Source: Candidatus Heimdallarchaeota archaeon
Lineage (GTDB): Archaea > Asgardarchaeota > Heimdallarchaeia > JABLTI01
Assembly (NCBI GenBank): GCA_018238155.1
Contig: JABCTZ010000023.1
Coordinates: 1-43,979 of the forward strand
Reading direction: 5' to 3'
Length of the DNA stretch: 43,979 nucleotides
Shown here: positions 1 to 10,044 of the stretch, piece after piece
How positions within the stretch are numbered: position 1 is the first letter of the stretch
How the letters are laid out: every line of letters begins with the position of its first letter
Made by a program: the position numbers and the translations under genes
Notes under the pieces: model-generated
What the model saw: the letters and a program-made list of their open reading frames with translations, nothing else
Databases searched by the model: none
Told to the model about the DNA's origin: nothing

Positions 1-481
1 TTGAACCATTTTCTTGTGCTGAAGTCCAATAAAGAAGCTTTCCTTTCCCTTGTGTGTAGAACAACATCATTCCGAAAGGAAGTAAAGCATTCATACAATT
101 CCGGATGAAGTTTTCAGTTGCTAGTAATTGACGATTGGATGACTCTTGAATAGCTGTTTGCGATTCTTCTTCACTAATATCTGTCCAATCTGGTAAAGAA
201 ATGATCTCTAAAATGGCTATTTGATTATCAGATGGAATGTTTGATTCACTTTGATAATTAAGATTAGCAGATGTTCTGAATTTATTTTTTCTCTTGATAT
301 ATCGAATAGTTAAAACTGCTCCCAGAATAAAAATCAAGATGATAAAAATCCAAAAAACCCAGGTGAAAAATGATTTGAACGCTGTATTAATCTCTGTTAC
401 TGATATTGAGAATAACACCACTAACGCTATTAAGACAACAATAATTATGAAACCATCTGAACCACTACTCTCATCAGTCAT
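1..481 (-). CDS. Membrane-anchored protein, N-terminal part only (runs off the left edge of the window)
   Basis: Manually translated from ATG at 481-479 (MTDESSGSDGFIIIVVLIALVVLFSISV...WVFWIFIILIFILGAVLTIRYIKRK...). Frame is open to position 1 and has two hydrophobic helices. Absent from the ORF track because it lacks a stop. Confidence 0.7.
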   Translation of the reverse strand, partial: MTDESSGSDGFIIIVVLIALVVLFSISVTEINTAFKSFFTWVFWIFIILIFILGAVLTIRYIKRKNKFRTSANLNYQSESNIPSDNQIAILEIISLPDWTDISEEESQTAIQESSNRQLLATENFIRNCMNALLPFGMMLFYTQGKGKLLYWTSAQENGS

Positions 482-640
482 CTTTGCTTAGCAACCTGTA
501 CTACTCGTACACGCTACTAGTTTGTTGCTGACGACAAAATAAAAAGACCACAGAAAAAAGAAATTTTAGTAATTAATCTTGAAATTCCATGAATTGATTT
601 GAATCTAGTAAAGTTATAATGTAATTAGTAATGCTTCATT

Positions 641-1690
641 TCAAGCTTTGTTTTCATCATCTTTTACTTTGTTTAAAGATAATTCTAACAATATTGCATA
701 AGCGTGGTAATGATAACTCACAGATATGTAATAGATGATAAAAGTTAACATTTGCAGTTGCTGATTGATTTTTGTAAATTGTTCATAACTAAATTTCTCT
801 GATTCTTTTGAATTATAATTAATTAGAACATAATCATCAATTATTTCACATTTTCCTTTTTCATCTAGATGATGTATTACTAAATTTCTTATTTTATTAA
901 TTCCCTTTTTACCATATACCCATTCGTAGATCATCAGAATTTTCAGAAGAGTAGGCTTATTTGAAAGATAATCTTTTAACATTGGATGATCTTTATCCAT
1001 TTTACGTGTATGGTATAATTGACTTTTTTTTAGTTTCTTACCATTTTTTAGTGACTTCTCTAGATATTTGGAATCATGTGAATTTAATTTTCTAATTAAT
1101 ATTAAAATTAGTGTTGAAAGTAGAATGAAAGTTTCATATGTTTGGCTTAATTTTGCAAACAAATCAATAAAATATTCTTTTAATTCAATTGAAGAAACTG
1201 TTCGAGTTTCAACTTCATCCTTATATTCAATCCATTCTATAGGTAATGGATCTTTCTTCCATTCTTCTTTTAATTTTCTTAATTTTAATCTGTATTCTTC
1301 AATACTTTCGGGTCGCATTTTTGTTATTCTATCTATATTTTCAAAATAACTAATCACTTTTGTTTGTTGAATATTTTGTTCATCAATTAATGAAAAGTCA
1401 TCCAATTGTCTTTTAGTAAATCTGTGAATTTTTAATCTCTTACCAAATTCCAAAACTGCTTCAGTTAAATCAATAGTATCTCTAATCTTAAACTGAGTGT
1501 CAAACAAATTGTTAAACAATTGCATTATTAAACTAGCAAATTCCTGATGAGTATTTTCTTCTAAGAGAATCTCTCTACCAAATGTTTCTTCAATAATAGC
1601 TAAATAAAAATCCCTGTATTGTTTCAATAGTGTTATACTTTCTTTTATTGAATTTAATTCATTTTCTTCCTTATTATTCATTGAAATCAC
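641..1690 (-). CDS. Helical protein with C-terminal HEPN-like RNase motif
   Basis: 349-aa ORF. INKIRNLVIHH matches the HEPN R-x4-H motif in an all-alpha context. Confidence 0.55.
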   Translation of the reverse strand: MISMNNKEENELNSIKESITLLKQYRDFYLAIIEETFGREILLEENTHQEFASLIMQLFNNLFDTQFKIRDTIDLTEAVLEFGKRLKIHRFTKRQLDDFSLIDEQNIQQTKVISYFENIDRITKMRPESIEEYRLKLRKLKEEWKKDPLPIEWIEYKDEVETRTVSSIELKEYFIDLFAKLSQTYETFILLSTLILILIRKLNSHDSKYLEKSLKNGKKLKKSQLYHTRKMDKDHPMLKDYLSNKPTLLKILMIYEWVYGKKGINKIRNLVIHHLDEKGKCEIIDDYVLINYNSKESEKFSYEQFTKINQQLQMLTFIIYYISVSYHYHAYAILLELSLNKVKDDENKA

Positions 1691-1740
1691 ATTTGATTAT
1701 ATTTAATCATGCAAAAAAATCTTGCCTCTTAAGTGAAATC

Positions 1741-1863
1741 CTTCCCGAAATGGTCTTCTAGCCCTTCAAGAAGAAGCGAGGGCCGTAGATTCTACAAAAT
1801 AATTATCAGTTATTTTTTATTTTCTTTTACTAACCCCTATAACCTCAGGTGAGGCTAGGATTA
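1741..1863 (+). repeat. Interspersed palindromic element, copy R1 (lacks 3' block)
   Basis: CCCGAAATGGTCTTCTAG..CTTCAAGAAGAAGCGAGGG..GTAGATTCTAC..CCCTATAACCTCAGGTGAGGCTAGG; near-identical to 21048-21226. Confidence 0.95.
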
Positions 1864-2099
1864 ATGAAAGCTTAATAATTAGATCTATTTCTAGTAATAA
1901 AAGCCAATTTGAAGAGGTATTCATTCCTTTTCGAATTTTTATTGCTTTTCATTATCAGAAAATTGCTTTTTCCATCTACACGAATCTTTCATGTATTGCC
2001 TTTTATGAAAAACTCACAAACAAAACCTTTAAACCTTCATTTAAGTAAATGAATTAGGATAGAACAATCCGAAAAGGAAAAGATGGAAGTATAAGTACA

Positions 2100-2924
2100 T
2101 TGGGGCGAATAAAATTCATCCGTTATCCTGGTGGAAAACAAAGATTACTAAATCACTTACTACTATATTTACCTACAGCTGTTGAAATTCAAGGTAGATA
2201 TATTGAACCTTTTGTTGGTGGAGGTTCTGTTTTCTTTTCAATCAATCCCAAAAATGCTATATTATCCGACATAAATAAAGAGTTAATCGACTTATTTCGA
2301 GGTATTAGATATGCTCCTAAGAAAATATGGGAATTATACTCTAATTTTCCATCAACAAAAGTAGGATATTATAAGATTCGAGACGATTTCAATTATATTG
2401 ATTTAATTTCAAGAGCAGCTAGAACCTTATTTTTGAATAGAACTTGCTTTAAAGGTATGTGGAGACATAATTCACAAGGTAAATTTAACATTGGATATGG
2501 TGGACAAGATAGACGTTGGGTAATTTGTGAAGAAGATATTAAAGAAGTATCAAATAGACTCAAAGGTGTTAAATTATTATATTCAGATTTTCAAGAAATA
2601 ATTGACAATAGCAAGAAAGGAGATTTCATTTTTCTAGATCCACCATATAAACCAAATGAAATTGAGTGTTTGAATGAACACTATTCCTATGGGTGTTTTA
2701 CTTTTGAAGATCATATCAGGTTATCCATCTCATTGCAAAAAGCTAGTGACAGAGGTGTAAAGTGGGCACTAACAACTTCATCACATCAAAAGATAATAGA
2801 TTTATTTGATTTGAATAATGTTGTTAATTTTCCTGTTGGTACAGGACCCAAACCAGGAATTCTGACAATAAATTCTGGTGAAGTATTAATTCTAAACTAT
2901 AAAGAAAAGGAAATTGAAAACTAA
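2100..2924 (+). CDS. Dam-family (D12 class) N6-adenine DNA methyltransferase
   Basis: YPGGK, YIEPFVGGGSVFF (motif I), SDIN, FLNRTCFKG, FLDPPY (motif IV). Confidence 0.92.
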   Translation: MGRIKFIRYPGGKQRLLNHLLLYLPTAVEIQGRYIEPFVGGGSVFFSINPKNAILSDINKELIDLFRGIRYAPKKIWELYSNFPSTKVGYYKIRDDFNYIDLISRAARTLFLNRTCFKGMWRHNSQGKFNIGYGGQDRRWVICEEDIKEVSNRLKGVKLLYSDFQEIIDNSKKGDFIFLDPPYKPNEIECLNEHYSYGCFTFEDHIRLSISLQKASDRGVKWALTTSSHQKIIDLFDLNNVVNFPVGTGPKPGILTINSGEVLILNYKEKEIEN

Positions 2925-4918
2925 TGAAGAAATTACTCGAAGATACAAAATATCAAGAGCATCAAATTCGACCTTTGATTGATTTTTTAGATCAAGAAAA
3001 GAAATTTGAACAAGCTGAAATTTTTGAACAAATGCGTTTTGCTGGTTATGTACTAGATATTAGTTATGATAAAGTAACTATTATTACATCTGATCCATTC
3101 AAGAAGCTTGTTGGAGGTATACCTAGAAATTCTCTACTAGTTATGATTCCTGATAGTTTTGAAGAAATGCCACCGCATTTTACACTATTAAGGGTACTAG
3201 AAGCTGCTGCAACTCCTCTAAAAAAAGAGGTTCAACAAACATATTTTGAACTGCAGAAAAGCTCAATGCCCGAGTTAGATATTTTTACTCAATCGGAACT
3301 TCAGTGGGGAGCTTTAAAAACCGATGTTATTGGTATGTTTTATCCTCATCCAGATAGATTGAATAAAATTGAATTCTCCGGGGACATAAATAATTTTGTG
3401 AGTGCTCATATGTATAAGGTTTATTCACCAAACAAAGAGTTGCTAAATCTTATTATAAATAGTTCTGTTGAAGAAGAACAATCTTTTCCCCTTGGTAAAC
3501 TAAGGTTTACTGAATGTAGATTGAATCATCAAAGCTGTGAATATTCAGACTTAGATGTTTCTATTTCACCTAGAGATTTTCTAGCAACAAGAACAGCAAT
3601 GTTTGGAAAAACCAGATTAGGAAAAAGTAATATTGTAAAAATTATTGCACAAAGCTTAGTCGAAACAACCAACGAAGAAAGAAATGTTGGACAATTAATA
3701 TTTGATATAAATGGGGAATATGCAAATGATAACCCACAAGATGATAATCTGTCATTGGCAAGTGTTTATGAGCAGAATTGTGTCGTGTATGCATTAACCC
3801 AAAAACCAAATACACCTTCACGATCATTACGGATTAATTTTTATGAATATCCAGAAGTGTCTATGACAATTTTATCAAGATTAATTAAATCCACGCGAGG
3901 TAGTTTATCTAATTATATTGACAATTTTATTAACTGTAATTTACCTTCATTGGAGGATTTATCAGATAATCAATTAGAACATAATATTCGACTAAGATCC
4001 AAAAGAAGGATATTGATGTATTGGGCTTTATTGTATAAAGCAGGTTTTACGGTTGACCAAAATGCTCTGATACAATTGATGCGTGATCATTCCACTGTTA
4101 GGGGTGCCCCATTGGACCCTGGATATAGACGAGAATTGCGAATTGCGATGTATTCTAGCACGCCACCTCAAATTACTAATTTAAATGAATTAGTTACTGA
4201 ATTTGAAACAATATACCAGTTTTTCAGAAACAATAGATCCGCTGAAGAGCTGAGATCTGCAAATGGTAATTTATTAGTTACAAATGATGATGAATCAATA
4301 TTATATATGTTAAATCCACCAACAGGTTCAGGATATAGAATTCTCCCCCCATATCGTGATTATCATGATCAAAATGCTGGAGAATTTATTCAAGAAATAA
4401 TCAATTTACTTGAAGATGGATTAACAGTGATTATTGATTTAGGAAATGCTCCTCCTGAAATAATGAATTTCTACTCAGATCAATTGGCAAGAGCGTTATT
4501 TAACAATCAAGTTAATAAATTCTCTAGAAATGAATTAGGAGATCATTATATACAATTATACTTTGAAGAAGCACACAATCTATTTCCAAATCAAGATGAT
4601 TATAATAAGGATATATACAGAAGATTAGCTAAGGAAGGAGCAAAGTATCATATTGGAATGGTTTACTCAACTCAATCTGTTACAACTATTAATCAAGATT
4701 TATTAGCACAAACTGAAAATTTCTTTGTTGCACACTTGTCTTCAAAAAATGAAGTAAATAGGTTAGCAAATATAAATTCAGCTTTTGATGGGTTGCAAGA
4801 TGATATTTTAAGATCGAAAACAGTTGGCTTCATCAGATTATTAACTAGGTCTCATAGATTCGTAATTCCAGTTCAAGCTAAAAAATTTAGTTTGATTGAG
4901 TCAAATGGTGAGGAATAA
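2924..4918 (+). CDS. herA: HerA/FtsK-family (DUF87) ATPase
   Basis: Walker A FGKTRLGKS, IFDINGEY, Walker B FEEAHN, AKEGAKY, STQ. Translationally coupled to the methylase (TAATG). Confidence 0.9.
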   Translation: MKKLLEDTKYQEHQIRPLIDFLDQEKKFEQAEIFEQMRFAGYVLDISYDKVTIITSDPFKKLVGGIPRNSLLVMIPDSFEEMPPHFTLLRVLEAAATPLKKEVQQTYFELQKSSMPELDIFTQSELQWGALKTDVIGMFYPHPDRLNKIEFSGDINNFVSAHMYKVYSPNKELLNLIINSSVEEEQSFPLGKLRFTECRLNHQSCEYSDLDVSISPRDFLATRTAMFGKTRLGKSNIVKIIAQSLVETTNEERNVGQLIFDINGEYANDNPQDDNLSLASVYEQNCVVYALTQKPNTPSRSLRINFYEYPEVSMTILSRLIKSTRGSLSNYIDNFINCNLPSLEDLSDNQLEHNIRLRSKRRILMYWALLYKAGFTVDQNALIQLMRDHSTVRGAPLDPGYRRELRIAMYSSTPPQITNLNELVTEFETIYQFFRNNRSAEELRSANGNLLVTNDDESILYMLNPPTGSGYRILPPYRDYHDQNAGEFIQEIINLLEDGLTVIIDLGNAPPEIMNFYSDQLARALFNNQVNKFSRNELGDHYIQLYFEEAHNLFPNQDDYNKDIYRRLAKEGAKYHIGMVYSTQSVTTINQDLLAQTENFFVAHLSSKNEVNRLANINSAFDGLQDDILRSKTVGFIRLLTRSHRFVIPVQAKKFSLIESNGEE

Positions 4919-4920
4919 AA

Positions 4921-6228
4921 ATGCCCTATAAAGCTGGAAAATCACTTCCAGGGGAGCGAGCTAGTAAGCTAGGTCATTTGGAAGTATTAGATAGTGAATT
5001 AATAAATGAGCTTCTTGATGAATTTAATACTGAAATTGATGTTACAGAAGTAGATGAAATTGATTGGACTGAAATTTCTAGTGAAGCTACTCCTTTGAGT
5101 TATATTTTTAGTGTAGATGGTTCCTATCAAGAGATAAAACTACAAAGATATAGTCCTGAAAAAATAATTACTTATGTAAAAACAGCTATTCTGAAATTTG
5201 ATCAAAAAGCTATAGAAAAAATAAATAAAAAATATCCTCACCCAATGGAATTAAGAAATGTATTAAAGGGAAGTTCATCATTTCATGCGACAGTATTTCC
5301 TCTGAAAAATGTATCAAAATCTGATCAAAATGTCTATAACACAAACAGAGAAATCATTTTTCGTTCATTACAGGACCCTCTACTAGAAAATTTACCATTT
5401 GAAACATTTAAATGGTTAGCTTATGAAAAATGGTCAAATGAACAGAAATCATTGCCTTTATTTGATTGTCCTCATTGTAGAGAAAAAGTTGCTACATTAG
5501 CATATGATCAAAATATTGGACAATGTTCAGGATGTGGTAATGATATTTATGTTACAGATATGTTAGGATTTCATTTAGATATGAATGATAATTGGGCACC
5601 AACTCAAATTGCTAGTACATACATGTTGTTGCATGAAACATTCTTGTTATTTTCCGGAATAAAATACTTTTGGGAGAACAATAAAGAAATTTTAACTGAA
5701 TGTTTATTTTTAAAGGATGGTCCTCTGTATATTCGTGCTCAATATTCTAAACTTGTAGCACCCATTAGACGATTTTTAGCTCATGCACGTAATGAGGGAT
5801 ATGAAATTCATATAGCAGGGCAAGAAAAAAGTGGTCGCTTCTTTGACTATCTTGAGATAATTGCCAAGGATTTGAATACTCCAAGCTTTTTCATACCAGA
5901 TAATAGATATATACTTGAAGATATCCAACATAGACCAATAACTAGTATGCCATATGGTAAGGATACAAATTATGGCGCAAAAGTCTTTGTTATTGTAGAT
6001 AAAAATCACAAATTTGTTCTAACTATACCAACTGGTGAATTCAATGAAACTCCTACACATACTTCAATAATTGGATTTGATAGAATATTAGCTACTTTAC
6101 CTAAGATTTTGAGTTATAAATTCGAAGGAGCTCTATTGCCAATTGAATTAGCAAATAAAATAGCCTCTTTATCAACATATCCATCCGCTCAGATTCTAAA
6201 GTTGTTTACAGAATCTAAAGGTCTATAG
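4921..6228 (+). CDS. nurA: NurA-family nuclease with CxxC...CxxC insertion
   Basis: SVDGS, LKDGPL, GQEKSG and PIELANKIASL NurA motifs; CPHC/CSGC pair; directly follows herA. Confidence 0.85.
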   Translation: MPYKAGKSLPGERASKLGHLEVLDSELINELLDEFNTEIDVTEVDEIDWTEISSEATPLSYIFSVDGSYQEIKLQRYSPEKIITYVKTAILKFDQKAIEKINKKYPHPMELRNVLKGSSSFHATVFPLKNVSKSDQNVYNTNREIIFRSLQDPLLENLPFETFKWLAYEKWSNEQKSLPLFDCPHCREKVATLAYDQNIGQCSGCGNDIYVTDMLGFHLDMNDNWAPTQIASTYMLLHETFLLFSGIKYFWENNKEILTECLFLKDGPLYIRAQYSKLVAPIRRFLAHARNEGYEIHIAGQEKSGRFFDYLEIIAKDLNTPSFFIPDNRYILEDIQHRPITSMPYGKDTNYGAKVFVIVDKNHKFVLTIPTGEFNETPTHTSIIGFDRILATLPKILSYKFEGALLPIELANKIASLSTYPSAQILKLFTESKGL

Positions 6229-6240
6229 ATAATTAAGTCA

Positions 6241-8487
6241 TTAAACGAACCAAGCAATATTCTGGAATCCGTGAGGATAAATTCCTAATTCATTATATTT
6301 TTCAAGCATTAATTTTGGATAGTGTATTGTAATTGGTAATTTTGATAGACCATGAGTAACATGCTGATTAACTCTTGCGAGCATATGAATTCTTTCAATT
6401 ATTTCTTTTGTTAATTCTTCATCATTTGGATACTTAAGTTCAATCTTTATTGGTTTTGGAGTTCCCTCTCTAACTAATTCAACTGAGCTAGCTAATAACC
6501 CATTTCTTGAATCTAAAATTACATAAGATCCAGTTTGTGGTTTCTTATCATTCATACTTCTATCGAATAATCTTATTGGACCAATATTATCTTTTACTAA
6601 AATTATCCTTCTTGGATTCAATATCTCAATAATATCATTTAATTCATCGAAAATTTCACCATGCCAATGAATCTCAATTTGACTTTTCACCTCTAAGGTG
6701 GTGATTTTTTGATTTAATCTCACTAATGTTTCTCTTATATTCTCTACCTTCTCTATTAATCCATATTTCCATTCGCCATAATGACCCACAACTGATATCA
6801 TCATCAGTTTAATTTTATTATCATATTTTAAACCGATTGAAATATAATCCATTTTCTTACTTAGATGCCAACTATTTCTACCAAGATTATGATAAAGACC
6901 AAGAGAAATATTCCTAAGTTTGCCTAAATAACGTGTTCTATTATTATCAGGAATTGTACATTGAACACCAATTTGTTCCTCAAAGCATTTCTTATAGATT
7001 TTACTTTTTATATTATCAGATTTACTGCTAATAACTGCAAAAACAACTTGATTGTCCCCATCCTTTTTAATCTCGTCTATATTTGTCAAATATTTTACAG
7101 TAATTTTTTGAAATTTGAACATTTTTTGTAAACCATGAAATTTCTGTTTTTCAGCATTTCTAGGTACTCCATATATTAGATCATTAACAATATCATCACA
7201 TTTTTCTGTAGATATAACAATCAATTCAAGTGTTTTATTCAAGTTTTCACTATAATCAATAGGTCCGTATTTATATAGTGAATAATAAGGGTCATCAACA
7301 TTTTTTGATTTGCCAATCTTTCTTTTTGGTATATCTAGTATACCATTATTAATTCCATTATAGAGGGTTTGATTAAACCCAAGAATTCTTCCAAACGATT
7401 CAAATTCTTTTAGAATTTCCAATTGTTTTAGAATTCCAAATCTTCGTTCATCGGGGCTACTTCTTAGAAAGTCCATAATTTCTTGTCTATCTTCTCTTTT
7501 TTTGATTTTTCTAAAATCTACTTTCTCTCTTAATCTTTCTAAAGGAAATGTATATTCTCTACCCTTATAGGTTTTTACAATTGCTAGTGGTGGAGAATTC
7601 GAAATGAAATCTTGAATTATATTTAATTTACATTCTTCTTGAGCAAATTCTAAAATTGTTTTGCCTGAATCCTTTGGTTTAAAATCATGTGCACTTTTTG
7701 AATAATCAAACTTGCTTAAATAGTAAGAACTAGTTTTTGTTAATGGTGAAAGATTACAGGGATTTTCAGCAACAAATTTACATTTAAAATTCGGACAACA
7801 ATCCCAAAATTGTATTCTTTCTCCATTTTTCACTCTTCTTTCTAAATTATTTAATTCATTTGGTTCTAAATCTTTCAGTGTTCTCTTGATAATCATTAAA
7901 TTTGATCTATCAATGGCAATACCATATGAATTATTGTAATTAGTGATTCTAAAAATGAATCCCGGATAATGTAAAACTGTTTCTAAATTCTGAATCTCAT
8001 ATGGGTCCCTAATTTCAAAATCTATTTCTTCAATATTAGGATCAATCCATTGATTGAAAAATCGATTACTTCCAGTTAAAATGTAGCCAGCATTATTTAG
8101 TTTCTCCCCTATAATTCTTTTTAAAATATTTTTAATATTGAGTATTGAATCATTTTTTATGTTCTTATTAGATTTTAACCAAACTAAGTTACAATTACTA
8201 TATAATGTTCTAATATCATTTGAAATTTTACTCAAAAGCCTTTCATCATGACGAATTATAATGTGTAAAACAAGATTCTTTGGATCGTTAGAAATTAAAT
8301 ATTCCTCTTTCTCAATTATTTTAACAAGTTTCTCTCTAATTTGTTTTAAATGTTCATTCTTTTCATCCCAGCTGATATGTTTGTTTTTTAAATCTGCTTT
8401 AAATTGAATATGTTGTATATTTAATTCATTAAAATCTTCATTTAGTAATGATATATTTGTTTCAATATTAGTATTAATTTCCATCAA
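6241..8487 (-). CDS. ago: Long prokaryotic Argonaute, catalytically inactive PIWI, Cys-rich PAZ region
   Basis: L1 (YPGFIFRI..GIAID), PAZ end (YTFPLERL), L2 (LYKYGP), MID (IGVQC..NISLGLY..LG..W.L), PIWI C-terminus (GTPKPIKI..LARVN..SKLPITIHY). Catalytic GID and RDG positions are replaced by GLK and WHG. Confidence 0.8.
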   Translation of the reverse strand: MMEINTNIETNISLLNEDFNELNIQHIQFKADLKNKHISWDEKNEHLKQIREKLVKIIEKEEYLISNDPKNLVLHIIIRHDERLLSKISNDIRTLYSNCNLVWLKSNKNIKNDSILNIKNILKRIIGEKLNNAGYILTGSNRFFNQWIDPNIEEIDFEIRDPYEIQNLETVLHYPGFIFRITNYNNSYGIAIDRSNLMIIKRTLKDLEPNELNNLERRVKNGERIQFWDCCPNFKCKFVAENPCNLSPLTKTSSYYLSKFDYSKSAHDFKPKDSGKTILEFAQEECKLNIIQDFISNSPPLAIVKTYKGREYTFPLERLREKVDFRKIKKREDRQEIMDFLRSSPDERRFGILKQLEILKEFESFGRILGFNQTLYNGINNGILDIPKRKIGKSKNVDDPYYSLYKYGPIDYSENLNKTLELIVISTEKCDDIVNDLIYGVPRNAEKQKFHGLQKMFKFQKITVKYLTNIDEIKKDGDNQVVFAVISSKSDNIKSKIYKKCFEEQIGVQCTIPDNNRTRYLGKLRNISLGLYHNLGRNSWHLSKKMDYISIGLKYDNKIKLMMISVVGHYGEWKYGLIEKVENIRETLVRLNQKITTLEVKSQIEIHWHGEIFDELNDIIEILNPRRIILVKDNIGPIRLFDRSMNDKKPQTGSYVILDSRNGLLASSVELVREGTPKPIKIELKYPNDEELTKEIIERIHMLARVNQHVTHGLSKLPITIHYPKLMLEKYNELGIYPHGFQNIAWFV

Positions 8488-8494
8488 AATTCAC

Positions 8495-9295
8495 TCATCT
8501 TGTTTTAAACTCAATGTCTGTTAGGTAGATTTTTCTATCAGCAAATCTCTCAATTTCCAACTCTACATCATTAGATTCTATATTATCTAATTGATAGAAA
8601 GCCCACCTTAATTCATACAATATTTGTAAAGCTGAAAGTTTGATAAACGTTTTTATAAAATTCTTACCTCTAATTTTACGCAATTCTTCTATTGCATCAC
8701 GAAGATTCCTATTTACTGGTTTTAATATAATATTCAACCAAATTTCATATTTATCTTCATAGGATCTAAAACAAATACTTGCTTCACTTTCTAGCTCCAT
8801 AGGAATTTTTCTATCGTTATTTAAGAGAAGTTTTATTGCATTGTCTTGGTAATCGGAATTAAAACCTCTTTTAATAAGCAGATCAGGAATTATATTTATA
8901 TGATCTTTACTTATATCAAAATTCAAAGAGTAAGTGAAATTAATATATGGACTTTTTTTCTTACCCAATTTATCTCTTAATTCATTTAAGAGTCTAAAAA
9001 AATAAATTCCTTTATTTGTTAACTTAAATGGGTCTGTATGTTTTGTACCAATTTTTTCTATAAGATTCGTTTGCTTTAGAATTCTAATATGTTGGTTAAA
9101 TGCTTCTTTTGAGAGTTCTTTATCAATCTGATCTGCTATTTCGATATTCACACTATTCATTAATTCTTGAAATCTTAGTCCTGAACCGGATAATCCAAGT
9201 ATAGAGATAATTCTTCTTCGAAATATATTATTTGTGACTTCAAAGAACTCTACAAACATTTTTTCGGATAACATTGTGTAATTCAATATACACAA
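8495..9295 (-). CDS. Winged-helix (ArsR-like) transcriptional regulator with unknown C-terminal domain; true start may be a few codons downstream
   Basis: RRRIISIL..GLRFQEL..SKEAFNQHIRILKQTNLIEK..FKLTNKG wHTH pattern; 7 bp upstream of the inactive Ago. Confidence 0.75.
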   Translation of the reverse strand: MCILNYTMLSEKMFVEFFEVTNNIFRRRIISILGLSGSGLRFQELMNSVNIEIADQIDKELSKEAFNQHIRILKQTNLIEKIGTKHTDPFKLTNKGIYFFRLLNELRDKLGKKKSPYINFTYSLNFDISKDHINIIPDLLIKRGFNSDYQDNAIKLLLNNDRKIPMELESEASICFRSYEDKYEIWLNIILKPVNRNLRDAIEELRKIRGKNFIKTFIKLSALQILYELRWAFYQLDNIESNDVELEIERFADRKIYLTDIEFKTR

Positions 9296-9392
9296 ACTCT
9301 CTCTCTTTTTATACTTTTGTCTTAAAGTGTATTTTTAATTACAAACAATATTAATATATCTCATAAATCTATAGTATAAATGAGGAAAAATC
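9296..9392. promoter_or_regulatory. Divergent promoter region between the two Argonaute arms
   Basis: ~100-bp AT-rich gap between divergent operons, with TATA-like tracts (TTTTTAAT, TTAATATA) and GAGGA before ATG 9393. Confidence 0.55.
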
Positions 9393-9707
9393 ATGTCAAA
9401 ACACAAAAAAACCTCAATACATGACAAAAAAGTTCAGGCAACTACCTCTCGATATAAGCGTGATGGTTGGTCTGTTCGAGCTGATATACCTAACTACAAA
9501 CGTCCTAAACCTATTGGTAAATACAATAGGATACCTGATGTAGTAGCTAGGAAAGGAAAAAAAACTAGGGTTTTTGAAATAGAAACTCCTAGGAGTATGA
9601 AAACTGATCGTGCACAAAGAAGCACTTTCAAGAAACATGCAGCTAAGAAATTGAATACAAAATTCAAGGTAATAGTCGCAAAAAAGCCAAGAAAGAGAAA
9701 ACGTTGA
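9393..9707 (+). CDS. Small basic PD-(D/E)XK-like nuclease
   Basis: RIPDVVARKG..VFEIET resembles a PD...ExE variant of the restriction-endonuclease fold; RBS present. Confidence 0.6.
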   Translation: MSKHKKTSIHDKKVQATTSRYKRDGWSVRADIPNYKRPKPIGKYNRIPDVVARKGKKTRVFEIETPRSMKTDRAQRSTFKKHAAKKLNTKFKVIVAKKPRKRKR

Positions 9708-9759
9708 GTGGTTAAATTTAGATCATTGATCTTACACATCAATGGTCTGAACCACTCAA
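9704..9759 (+). other. Strong stem-loop (10 bp + 5-nt bulge + 12 bp, 7-nt loop) inside the Argonaute operon
   Basis: TTGAGTGGTT/AACCACTCAA pair perfectly; TAGATCATTGAT/ATCAATGGTCTG pair with two G-U wobbles. Confidence 0.8.
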
Positions 9760-9783
9760 TTTACCCATTTAGGTGAATAAAAA

Positions 9784-10044
9784 TTGAACAAAGAAAGTAA
9801 TAAAACTTTTGTTGAAAGCAACAATCAAAATTCAATCGATAACTTCCATGAAGAGAATCAAATTGCTTTTTTCATCAAGGAGATTTCCTTGAAAGGATCT
9901 CTTTACTTAGAAGATCTAAACTTCTCAAGTGAAAAATTGGAGGAAATAAAGAGTCAAGCTGCTGAAATGGATTTCATTATCCATTTATCTAAAATCGGAA
10001 TATTAATTATCGATCCTAGTTTCCTTGGAGGTAATTCAGAGTGA
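9784..10044 (+). CDS. Small acidic hypothetical protein coupled to Argonaute
   Basis: 86-aa ORF; AGGTGA RBS; stop overlaps the Ago GTG start (GTGA). Confidence 0.65.
   Translation: MNKESNKTFVESNNQNSIDNFHEENQIAFFIKEISLKGSLYLEDLNFSSEKLEEIKSQAAEMDFIIHLSKIGILIIDPSFLGGNSE

Noticed and set aside
294-491. Short plus-strand ORF 294-491 and other small antisense or overlapping ORFs in the track (e.g. 1068-1349, 9414-9742, 35480-35863, 39457-39936, 41144-41425)
   Set aside because: Shadows of better-supported genes on the opposite strand or frame; no motifs; one runs into a repeat copy.
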